A stretch of 64,000 bases of DNA from Macrostomum lignano (lineage: Eukaryota): positions 1 through 64,000 of the forward strand of contig NIVC01000601.1 of assembly GCA_002269645.1 (NCBI GenBank), read 5' to 3'. The position numbers and the translations under genes are program-made. The first letter of the stretch is position 1, and each line of letters begins with the position of its first letter. The notes under the pieces are model-generated. The model saw nothing but the letters and a program-made list of their open reading frames with translations. It was not told the origin of the DNA and searched no databases. Positions 35,850 through 48,526 of the stretch are shown here, one piece after another.

Positions 35850-38316
35850 TTAGAATGGATTGCTAATCTAGCCAACATCACGGATGAAGGGATAGAATGG
35901 ATTGCTAATCTAGCCAACACATCACAGATGAAGGAATAGAATGGATTGCTAATCTAGCCAACACATCACAGATGAAGGAATAGAATGGATTGCTAATCTA
36001 GCCAACATCACAGATGAAGGGATAGAATGGATTGCTAATCTAGCCAACACATCACAGATGAAGGAATAGAATGGATTGCTAATCTAGCCAACATCACAGA
36101 TGAAGGGATAGAATGGATTGCTAATCTAGCCAACACATCACAGATGAAGGAATAGAATGGATTGCTAATCTAGCCAACATCACGGATGAAGGAATAGAAT
36201 GGATTGCTAATCTAGCCAACATCACGGATGAAGGGATAGAATGGATTGCTAATCTAGCCAACACATCACAGATGAAGGAATAGAATGGATTGCTAATCTA
36301 GCCAACACATCACACATGAAGGAATAGAATGGATTGCTAATCTAGCCAACATCACACATGAAGGAATAGAATGGATTGCTAATCTAGCCAACACATCACA
36401 GATGAAGGAATAGAATGGATTGCTAATCTAGCCAACATCACACATGAAGGAATAGAATGGATTGCTAATCTAGCCAACACATCACACATGAAGGAATAGA
36501 ATGGATTGCTAATCTAGCCAACACATCACAGATGAAGGAATAGAATGGATTGCTAATCTAGCCAACATCACACATGAAGGAATAGAATGGATTGCTAATC
36601 TAGCCAACACATCACAGATGAAGGAATAGAATGGATTGCTAATCTAGCCAACACATCACAGACGAAGGAATAGAATGGATTGCTAATCTAGCCAACGCAT
36701 CACAGATGAAGGAATAGAATGGATCGCTAATCTAGCCAACATCACAGATGAAGGAATAGAATGGATCGCTAATCTAGCCAACATCACAGATGAAGGAATA
36801 GAATGGATCACTAATCTAGCCAACATCACAGATGAAGGAATAGAATGGATCGCTAATCTAGCCAACATCACAGATGAAGGAATAGAATGGATCGCTAATC
36901 TAGCCAACATCACAGATGAAGGGATAGAATGGATCGCTAATCTAGCCAACATCACAGATGAAGGAATAGAATGGATCGCTAATCTAGCCAACACATCACA
37001 GATGAAGGAATAGAATGGATGGCTAATCTAGCCAACACATCACAGATGAAGGAATAGAATGGATTGCTAATCTAGCCAACATCACAGATGAAGGGAAAGA
37101 ATGGATTGCTAATCTAGACAACACATCACAGATGAAGGAATAGAATGGATCGCTAATCTAGCCAACACATCACAGATGAAGGGATAGAATGGATTGCTAA
37201 TCTAGCCAACATCACGGATGAAGGAATAGAATGGATTGCTAATCTAGCCAACATCACGGATGAAGGGATAGAATGGATTGCTAATCTAGCCAACACATCA
37301 CAGATGAAGGAATAGAATGGATTGCTAATCTAGCCAACACATCACAGATGAAGGAATAGAATGGATCGCTAATCTAGCCAACATCACAGATGAAGGGATA
37401 GAATGGATCGCTAATCTAGCCAACATCACAGATGAAGGAATAGAATGGATCACTAATCTAGCCAACATCACAGATAAAGGAATAGAATGGATCGCTAATC
37501 TAGCCAACATCACAGATGAAGGAATAGAATGGATCGCTAATCTAGCCAACATCACAGATGAAGGAATAGAATGGATCGCTAATCTAGCCAACATCACAGA
37601 TGAAGGAATAGCATGGATTGCTAATCTAGCCAACACATCACAGATGAAGGAATAGAATGGATGGCTAATCTAGCCAACACATCACAGATGAAGGAATAGA
37701 ATGGATTGCTAATCTAGCCAACACATCACACATGAAGGAATAGAATGGATTGCTAATCTAGCCAACATCACAGATGAAGGAATAGAATGGATTGCTAATC
37801 TAGCCAACATCACAGATGAAGGAATAGAATGGATTGCTAATCTAGCCAACATCACAGATGAAGGAATAGAATGGATCGCTAATCTAGCCAACATCACAGA
37901 TGAAGGAATAGAATGGATTGCTAATCTAGCCAACATCACAGATGAAGGAATAGAATGGATCGCTAATCTAGCCAACATCACAGATGAAGGAATAGAATGG
38001 ATCGCTAATCTAGCCAACATCACAGATGAAGGAATAGAATGGATCGCTAATCTAGCCAACATCACAGATGAAGGAATAGAATGGATCGCTAATCTAGCCA
38101 ACATCACAGATGAAGGAATAGAATGGATTGCTAATCTAGCCAACACATCACAGATGAAGGAATAGAATGGATTGCTAATCTAGCCAACACATCACAGATG
38201 AAGGAATAGAATGGATCTGAATCTGAATTTGAATCTGAATCTGAATCTGAATCTGAGTCTGAATCTGAATCTGAATCTGAATCTGAATCTGAATCTGAAT
38301 CTGAATCTGAATCTGA
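35850..38316. repeat. Minisatellite with 42/44-bp units, followed by (GAATCT)n
   Basis: ATAGAATGGATTGCTAATCTAGCCAACATCACAGATGAAGGA, with or without an extra AC; hexamer run at about 38213-38316. Confidence 0.96.
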
Positions 38317-38920
38317 GATCAGCTGACGTGGGAGCTCAGAGTATTAAGAGCACCTGTATTCGTTTATCATATTACGAAGCACTGTGCAAAAATATTTTAA
38401 AATGCTTGCTACAAAAAGTTGCATTTTGTGATCCTTTTAGTTTATATTGTTGAGTATTAGGTTAATAGGAAAATAAACAATAGTTTATAACGCGGGCTTT
38501 AGAGGAGTAAAAATGCAGACCGGCAATATTAATTAGGCAAAAATAAGCAGTTACAGCTGGTGCACTACTTGAGTCAGTAGCAATAATGTACATGCATGCT
38601 AGACTTTGTGTGAAATTACAAAAAAATGTTCTGAGGAAGAAATTAGAGGAAAAACCTGCAATAACATGTAATTTTAAACAGCTGTGCGCCGAACTGCCTA
38701 CTAACTAGTAAGTAGTATTTAAAGCAGAGAGAGTTCCGCAATTTCGTATGAAAAATAAAGCATCATTTGAGTAAATGGATCTACTATCACTAATTTGCAT
38801 GCGACTGCAAATAAATATTAATATTAACTGAATGAAAAGCTAACTAAATTAACTTTCCTTTGAGCTCTCAATGTTTATTTGTACTTTTGTAAAAATAATT
38901 TACACTGAAGTCCAAGCTCT

Positions 38921-41900
38921 TCACCCGGCCGAGCTGCTGAGCACAGAGACAATCTGCTCAGTCTGCACATTGCCGTCCTGGTCCACGTCCAGCAGTGAGA
39001 TGAGCTCGTCAACTTCTACCGGGTCCATCCTGTCGCCCAGATTGACCATCACCTGCCGGAGCTTGTCCACGTGAAGCTTGCCCGTCTCTTCTTCATCAAA
39101 CACCTGTAGTTGAGATGGATCGAGTGAATGTACTCATAGAATGGGGCTTGGGAAGTGAGGTGGCTGCATACAGATGGGTAAGAAATGTACGCATAGAATG
39201 GGGCTTGGGAAGTGAGGTGGCTGCATACAGATGGGTAAGAAATGTACGCATAGAATGGGGCTTGGGAAGTGAGGTGGCTGCATACAGATGGGTAAGAAAT
39301 GTACGCATAGAATGGGGCTTGGGAAGTGAGGTGGCTGCATACAGATGGGTAAGAAATGTACGCATAGAATGGGGCTTGGGAAGTGAGGTGGCTGCATACA
39401 GATGGGTAAGAAATGTACGCATAGAATGGGGCTTGGGAAGTGAGGTGGCTGCATACAGATGGGTAAGAAATGTACGCATAGAATGGGGCTTGGGAAGTGA
39501 GGTGGCTGCATACAGATGGGTAAGAAATGTACGCATAGAATGGGGCTTGGGAAGTGAGGTGGCTGCATACAGATGGGTAAGAAATGTACGCATAGAATGG
39601 GGCTTGGGAAGTGAGGTGGCTGCATACAGATGGGTAAGAAATGTACGCATAGAATGGGGCTTGGGAAGTGAGGTGGCTGCATACAGATGGGTAAGAAATG
39701 TACGCATAGAATGGGGCTTGGGAAGTGAGGTGGCTGCATACAGATGGGTAAGAAATGTACGCATAGAATGGGGCTTGGGAAGTGAGGTGGCTGCATACAG
39801 ATGGGTAAGAAATGTACGCATAGAATGGGGCTTGGGAAGTGAGGTGGCTGCATACAGATGGGTAAGAAATGTACGCATAGAATGGGGCTTGGGAAGTGAG
39901 GTGGCTGCAGACAGATGGGTAAGAAATGTACGCATAGAATGGGGCTTGGGAAGTGAGGTGGCTGCAGACAGAGGGGTAAGAAATGTACGCATAGAATGGG
40001 GCTTGGGAAGTGAGGTGGCTGCAGACAGAGGGGTAAGAAATGTACGCATAGAATGGGGCTTGGGAAGTGAGGTGGCTGCGTACAGATGGGTAAGAAATGT
40101 ACGCATAGAATGGGGCTTGGGAAGTGAGGTGGCTGCAGACAGAGGGGTAAGAAATGTACGCATAGAATGGGGCTTGGAGAGTGAGGTAGCTGCAGACAGA
40201 GGGTAAGAATTGTACAAATAGAATGGGGCGAAAGGGCTAGTGTAGTGAAGGTCCGCCATAGCTTAATCACGTGGTACAATGGTACAATAAATTATAGAAA
40301 TTGTCCCTTTGATGCAGCCAGACGATGTTGTGATGTGGGAAACAGGATTGTCGATGAAGCAACCTGATGAAGGATTAGCTCACACGAGGACATCACAAGG
40401 ACTCAGACGTTAAGAGACTCAGTAGTGCTCATCGATTTTTTGTCTATATATACCCTCCCTTTGTCTACCTGTCCATTGCAAAAAACAGCAACTTGTCCTG
40501 TTTTCCTGTCATTAAACTTCTGTGTAATATTTAGACACTTTCTGTTGCGTTTGCGTCAAATTAAAACCTGTCCAGAGGAGGCTGGAGGGCTCAAGTGATG
40601 GGCAGAGTGAGCACGTGGCTGAATTTGCCACGGATGCTGACGTAAAAAAACAGTATTCATAAAGAGAAGTGAAACAAAAGGGGTCTATATTCTACAATAT
40701 CACCTTCATCATAGCAGTCTCCTTGCTGCATCCAAAGCAGCAGGTAATTAATGCTTGTTGTGGAGATGCTGTTAGAGCGCAGAGTGCATTCAGCTGATGT
40801 CAGTTTTGCGTTAATTAGCTTAAATAAAACTAATAAAAGCCAGCCCTTTCTTCCACTGAAAAGCTCAATTGTACTTTTTAATTATTAACATATGAACTTT
40901 TGGCACAAGTAGGCTAAATGACAAGTGCACAAAAATACTAGAACTTAACTGGTGAATCTGGGGAGCTGAGGACTGAGAAACTGGGGAGCTGCGGACTGAG
41001 AAACTGAGGATCTGAGGACTGAGAAACTGGGGAGCTGAGGACTGAGAAACTGGGGAGCTGAGGACTTGAGAAACTGAGGATCTGAGGACTGAGAAACTGG
41101 GGAGCTGAGGACTGAGAAACTGGGGAGCTGAGGACTGAGAAACTGGGGAGCTGAGGACTGAGAAACTGAGGATCTGAGGACTTGAGAAACTGAGGATCTG
41201 AGGACTGAGAAACTGGGGAGCTGAGGACTGAGAAACTGGGGAGCTGAGGACTGAGAAACTGAGGATCTGAGGACTTGAGAAACTGAGGATCTGAGGACTG
41301 AGAAACTGAGGATCTGAGGACTTGAGAAACTGAGGATCTGAGGACTGAGAAACTGGGGAGCTGAGGACTGAGAAACTGGGCAGCTGAGGACTGAGAAACT
41401 GAGAATCTGAGGACTTGAGAAACTGAGGATCTGAGGACTTGAGAAACTGCATGGGGAGCTGAGGACTGACAAACTGGGGAGCTGAGGACTGAGGGGCTGG
41501 GGATCTGAGGACTGAGGGGCTGGGGATCTGAGGACTGAGGGGCTGGGGATCTGAGGACTGAGGGGCTGGGGATCTGAGGACTGAGGGGCTGGGGATCTGA
41601 GGACTGAGGGGCTGGGGATCTGAGGACTGAGGGGCTGGGGATCTGAGGACTGAGGGGCTGGGGATCTGAGGACTGAGGGCTGGGGATCTGAGGACTGAGG
41701 GGCTGGGGATCTGAGGACTGAGGGGCTGGGGATCTGAGGACTGAGGGCTGGGGATCTGAGGACTGAGGGGCTGGGGAACTGGGGACTGAGGGCTGGGGAT
41801 CTGAGGACTGAGGGGCTGGGGATCTGAGGACTGAGGGGCTGGGGATTTGAGGACTGAGGGGCTAGGGATCTGAGGACTGAGGGGCTGGGGATCTGGGGAC

Positions 41901-42355
41901 TGAGGGGCTGGAGATCTGAGGACTGAGGGGCTGGGGATCTGGGGACTGAGGGGCTAGGGATCTGAGGACTGAGGGGCTGGGGATCTGAGGACTGAGGGGC
42001 TGGGGAACTGAGAGGAATTCAGCCACTGAACAGCGGGAGTAGACGCCATCAGCAATCGAATTTTTACCTTCAAGGCCTCCCGAATCTGGCCGCTTGACTC
42101 TCCATCGTTCATCTTCATCATCATGAGGATGGTGAACTCGGAGAAGTCCAGCTCCCCGTTCCCGTCGACGTCCACCTGTTCGATGAGCCGCTTGATCTCC
42201 TCGTCCGACGGGTTCTGGCCGAGCGAGCGCATGACGTCGCCCAGCTCGTTGGCGGAGATGGTGCCGCCTCCGTCTCTGTCGAACAGCAGGAAGGCCTCGT
42301 GCAGCTCAGCGATCTCCTCCTCGGACAGGTCGATCTGTTGCTGGTGCTCCGACAT
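38921..42355 (-). CDS. Calmodulin-like four-EF-hand protein (156 aa)
   Basis: Exons 42355-42068 and 39103-38921, phase 0, GT-AG. EF loops [36 protein letters not shown] and [12 protein letters not shown]; CaM-like [16 protein letters not shown]. Confidence 0.9.
39128..40215. repeat. Intronic minisatellite, 57-bp unit, about 19 copies
   Basis: CATAGAATGGGGCTTGGGAAGTGAGGTGGCTGCATACAGATGGGTAAGAAATGTACG. Confidence 0.97.
40955..42012. repeat. Two adjacent related intronic minisatellites (about 23-24-bp units)
   Basis: GAGGACTGAGAAACTGGGGAGCT-type units to about 41450, then GAGGACTGAGGGGCTGGGGATCT-type units. Confidence 0.95.
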
Positions 42356-42974
42356 GCTGCCGGCTGATTTGCAAGCAACAGGTTTCGGGTATTTTTAGTC
42401 CTGCTTGCAGCTTCTAAACTGCTGCTGGTGCTGCTGCAGAAAATTAATTTAGAGCAGAGAAAAGGAGAGGGAGAGAGAGGAACAGGAGAGAGAGAGCGGG
42501 GGGACTCAATGCGTTTGTCTTCCCCCCCTCAAGCTTAACGAGTGGAGAACAAGAGGGGAGCAGAGAGCGGCGGAGGGAGGTGGCGGCCTAAGGCACCAGA
42601 ATGGATTACAGCCGGTCATTGGCCACTTGTGCGATGGGCCTGATGTGCCTCCAGAGCTTCCTTTGCCAAACTGTCTGGGCTGGGGAAGCCGCCCTCTCAT
42701 TGGCCACTTCACACCGGCCTGGGGTGGCTGACTCTGGACTCAAACTGCCTGCACTGCAGTCTGCAGAGCCATGGCAGCCGGGGGCACGGAAAGAAAAACA
42801 ATAGAGAAAGCGGGGGGAAGACGCGCTGCCACCCTCTTCACAGAGCGCTCTTTGGCCTTGCCTTCCCCTTCGGGTTTTTCCTGCGCGTCTGGCCTCAAGC
42901 TGCAACAGCGCAGGTGGAAGGCAATGATTGAACAAGGAATAGTTTAATGAATAGATAATGAAATGAATAGGTAG

Positions 42975-43776
<802 letters not shown>

Positions 43777-44780
43777 GTACATGTACGAGCTAAATGCTCC
43801 AGTGAAGCTCCAGTGCACCAGCTTTCTGCTCCGGTCAGCCTGGCTGAGTTCCCCAGATAATGCCAAGTTGATTGACTGCCTGGAAGAGCAGCTTGCCGCT
43901 TCCCCAGACTCAATTATTCCTCATCAGAACGAAGGAGAAAAGTTTAGCAGCTCTGCCAGCCGGATATGGCTTGATATCGGCTTTCTTAGGATGCAGTTTG
44001 CTTTCACTTTACTTATAAGCTTCCGCAAAGTCAAGTATAATTGGCAATTGCCAAGTAGAAACTGTTTTGAGCTTTCTTTGACCTTCATTTCTTTATTTGC
44101 CTTCTATTTCCTCTTCCGCTCTTCTCTCCGCCATCTCTTCTTCCACTCTTCTCTGCTTCATCTTCTCTTCATGTCTCCTCCTTTTCCTCTTTCTATTATT
44201 AAAAAAAACTTGACTGAAGCAGATGAAGCCATGCTGTTCTCCTCGCATTTATGACACTTTGCCGACACACTTTGCCAAGGACACTACACCAGTACTGCTT
44301 GCTGTTCACAATCTGGTCAAAAAGTATTTGAAAGTTGTTTCCGCTCGATATCTATAAGCCCAACGTTGAATTCTTCTTTTAAATTTATGCAATTTTTCTG
44401 TGGAATCATTTTTATTCATGAATTCCTCCCTCCCTACTCGAGGCAAAAAGTGCAGCCAAAGTGGCCCAGAAGACCTAGCTCATGAATAGTCATTGCACGG
44501 GCAGAACGCACAATATTAGCTGTTTTGCTACCGCGGCAATAAATATATTGTCCCTCGAAAGACAGACATCAAAGAGACGAAAAGGATTTTAGCCCATGGC
44601 ACTATAGCACTGGCAATATGGGATTTTATCGATTGGCGTCCCGCCCAATTTGCTTCTGACCCGTGGGATTTGCATGCCAAATGCAGTCTTGTTTTTCGCT
44701 GCTTTTATAGGATTCCCGCGAATCAGAGGGGCATGTCGCTGCTCAGGTGGTCCGCAACACTAAATTCTGTGTATGTGAGA

Positions 44781-44877
<97 letters not shown>

Positions 44878-46094
44878 GTCTGTCTGTCACTCTGTCCGCA
44901 AGCTTTTATCTTCGTAATAATTAGGCTTTTTTTCGAAAAAAACCTTTAATTTTAACTAGGCGTCCAAAATAATAAATTGTATTGCCAGAGAAAACTGCAA
45001 ATATCAATAACACGTTGAATTGTTAATTCTTCTTCGCTAAGTAGTCAGATGTAAAAATAATATTTTTGCTTAATTAACAATTTCTTTCTCGCATATTAGT
45101 TTTTAAAATTGTTGAGTGCACAGCAGCATGTTTGTTTTCTTGCCTAACTATCGTTTCAAAGATTTAAAATTCTGTTTGAATTTACGCGCTCTGAATCAGC
45201 GAACATTCAAGATCTGAGATCCTGGCTGCACACTAACAGAATGGGATCATTCGACTGAAACAAACATGGCTGTTGCTTAACTGAAGGGTCAGACTATTAT
45301 CTCTTTATTCGTGCTCCATTTGCATGCGTTTTTACTCATTCGTTTTTTAGAATTAATTTGAAATTTTTTAGCATTTATGGCATATATTAATCAAGTTGGT
45401 ATTAATCAAGTTTCAGGAATTGTTAAACAGGTAAGCCAGCTAGTATTCATTTTTTGCCTTAACTGGTGCAATTAGTTTCCCATACAACTTGTGCATGAAT
45501 GATTTAGATAACTCCGACTGTAGACTTATTGTAAAGTTTATTTTATAGCTCCATGCTAGGCCCTATTTGAATAATTTCCAACTAAAGTTTAGTCAGTAAT
45601 ATTCATCAGATATGTGTAATAAAGCCAATGTATTTTTTTTATAAATCTTCATGACTTTAGTGCTAAATAATAAGCCCTTGCCTTTGATTTGACTTCTTTA
45701 TCCTTAGAATATGTTATATAAAGTCAAAGGCAAATATTAACACTAAGATATTATGTGACAGTAGTTTGTAGAAGTATATATGTACCATTTTTCCTTATCT
45801 TGCATTCATCATACTGTACTACTTGTATTCTTTAATTTTATTTTAACAATATTCTATATGTATTATTATCACGCTTATGTTACTGTTAAATGCTTTGTTT
45901 CTTTGTAGTCTCATATATGTATTTATTCTATTATTTGTATTTCATTCTATCATTATTATTTCTCATAAAGTAGTTCCATCTATGTACAGTACTGGCATTA
46001 TGATATTCTTGCACAATATATTTTATTGATTAATTTGTGCATGTACATTGTGTGTGGGGGGTTGTCTGGCTTTTGGATAAGGGTGTTGTTATCT

Positions 46095-46548
46095 GTTTAC
46101 CTACCAATTAAATATACTTGCAATCAGTAGCCACTCTCTCCCTTTGCGCCCTCTTTGACTTTGCTTTGCTTCTTGCTCTAGGCTCGCAAACCCCCTTTTT
46201 ATTAGAAGCAGGGGGGTTGTGTGTACCTTGGCACAATTTAAGCGTCATTGGCACACAACTGGCGAAAGGCATTACTACCCATTCCGCCGACTCCCCTGAG
46301 CAGGCATACAAGCGTGCGGATATGTTACGCAGGCATACACTCACACAGGAGTGTACAGCGGCCCTAACTTTATCAATTGTTAGGCATGTACATTTCACTA
46401 CGCCTTGGGGGGGGGGTTGGCTCTCAAGGCCGTTAATTGCACAAGCGAGCCAAGCCAAGATTCCAATCCAGCCCCAAATGAATGTGGCTGCACTTGGAAT
46501 CGAGCCTGGGTCGCGGCACACCAGAGCAGCTGCACTACCGCTGGGCTA
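46095..46548 (-). mobile_element. tRNA-derived SINE (family 2)
   Basis: The reverse strand starts TAGCCCAGCGG (A-box-like) ... GGCTCGATTCC (B-box-like). The body is homologous to 53233-53520, including GTACATGCCTAACAAT...GTTAGGGCC.CTGTACACTCCTGTGTGAGTGT. Confidence 0.75.
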
Positions 46549-47122
46549 TGGCCCCCCTGCAAACCCCTTAGCTATCTGGCCTCCTTGCCTCAACTCTCCC
46601 GTCACCTACCTCAGCCTACCAACCAATCAACTGAATCCCAATCTTTGCAAGGCATAATGATTCAAAGTAACACTAAAGGGTGAAAGCTGCTCGCTGATCT
46701 GCTAAGTCTAAATCGTGAACTATCCAGTTAACTGCTACACAAACCATCTTTCCACCTTATTTGTCACAATTACAATAAGTTGATATAAGAAAAGTTTATA
46801 AATAAAAGTTAGGCCTAGCCTAATGACTTATAAAAATGGAGCAAGATTTTTTTGTTAAGTTTTAACCAATTGATAGATTGCAATAAGAATTAAAAGACAA
46901 TAAGATTTGTTTAAATAATTTATCTATAATATAATACCCGAATGGCTATGTTTGTAGTTTAGTTTATTCAAGTAAATAAGATAAAAATATTATAAAAGAT
47001 TATATTTCAATATAAATCATATCTAATGATAATGAATTTCAAAATGAAAAAATCAAAAATGCTGCCCTATCAACAATAAACATTTTATTTATTATGTTAA
47101 AGTTTTAAAATATATTATTACC

Positions 47123-47157
<35 letters not shown>

Positions 47158-47796
47158 ACAATCTCCCTAATTAAAACTAGCTAAGAAAGTTAGTTTTAAC
47201 AAAAATGCAACTTAGTTAGCTTTAGTAGTCTAATTGTAGTTTTTATTGTTTTTTTCAGTTTTTTATTTCTTTCTGTTCTCTTTCATCTTCCATTTTGCTT
47301 TGCTCTTATTTTCCTTTTTAATTTATTGTTTTTTGGAAAAGGTCAATTTTGTAATAGCCTCTATCTAGCTAGATTGGTCAGGTTGGCTAGGTGTTGTACA
47401 TGTAAAGCAGGCATATAGCCAGAAATTTTCTTTGGGGGGAGAGAGCATAGGCCACATCTTGAAATGGAATTTTTTTGGTTGGGGGATAAGATGCTTGTAA
47501 GGAGAAAAACATATTTCAAAAAATTTTTGGCTATTGTTGGGGGATTATATCCCCCAATCCCCTCTCCTTATACCCTTGATATAAGGTGATTTTAATAAGA
47601 ATTTGTAAATATCAAGCAATCAAAAGTATTATATTATATATTTTTATTTTCTTTTATATTTATTAATTGTTTTTCTAACCAAACAAGTATAAAATGGCTA
47701 CTTTAATAATACTTACTATAGGCAAAGTGCCTTATAAGGTAGCTATCATAGAATAATAAATTTATAAGCATCTATCTATACTAAATCTTATATCTA

Positions 47797-48042
47797 CTAA
47801 AGCTGAGTGGACTAGCTGGCTGGGCTTAATGTGTATCTCCTCTTAGATGGCTAGCAACTTAAAAGCAAGACATATATATCATCAAATTTTGCAACAATAA
47901 AATTGCTTATTTATTGAGTAGGAAAAGTCTGTATTGATATATAAAAAATCCTGCATTTGTATTTTAAGTCTCACATTTGAGCTGCTAGCCATCTAGGAGT
48001 AGATATGCATTAAACCCAGCTGGCTAGTCCACTCAGCTTTAG
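47797..48042. mobile_element. MITE-like foldback element with about 66-bp imperfect TIRs
   Basis: CTAAAGCTGAGTGGACTAGCTGGCTGGG...GATGGCTAGCAACTTAAA (47797-47863) is the imperfect reverse complement of 47977-48042; AT-rich flanks. Confidence 0.7.
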
Positions 48043-48526
48043 ATATAAAAAGATACCTTGTCTTTGAAGAAGTCAAAGAGGCTAATATAGCCTTAACTTA
48101 GACCCATCTATTAATTAAAAAGGAACTAATCCATTTGGTTCCAAATAGCAAGTCATTCAATTTATATTTATCCTGTGTAAAACTTTTTGTCCCATCTCAG
48201 ACCTCTACAAATTTATGAATTTTTAGTGCTACACAACGTAGAGAAAATTGGCAGATATAGAAAAATTTCTATGAAAATCTTGCCAGATTGATAAATTAGA
48301 ATGTACAATACAACTATACCAAATGAATGTCTCTTTACATTGCTTGTATAGCCTACTAACAGTAGAAACATCAGGAGAATACACTTACAAATTATCTACA
48401 AAATGAAAAAATCAATACTGCCCATAGAATAAAAATAATAGAGTTCTTTATTACAACACAATGAGACAACAGTGTCTATATAGTCGAGATCGACAGTTTA
48501 AATTCAAACCAACGACCCCCACTCAG

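Noticed and set aside
35850-38215. CRISPR-like regular array
   Set aside because: Units are contiguous with no unique spacers, and there are no cas genes in this eukaryotic context. The same holds for the 8.7-kb, 39-kb and 50-kb arrays.
47407-47580. Degenerate hAT-like MITE (CAGGCATATAGCCAG... start)
   Set aside because: The right terminus is too degraded and no TSD could be identified.
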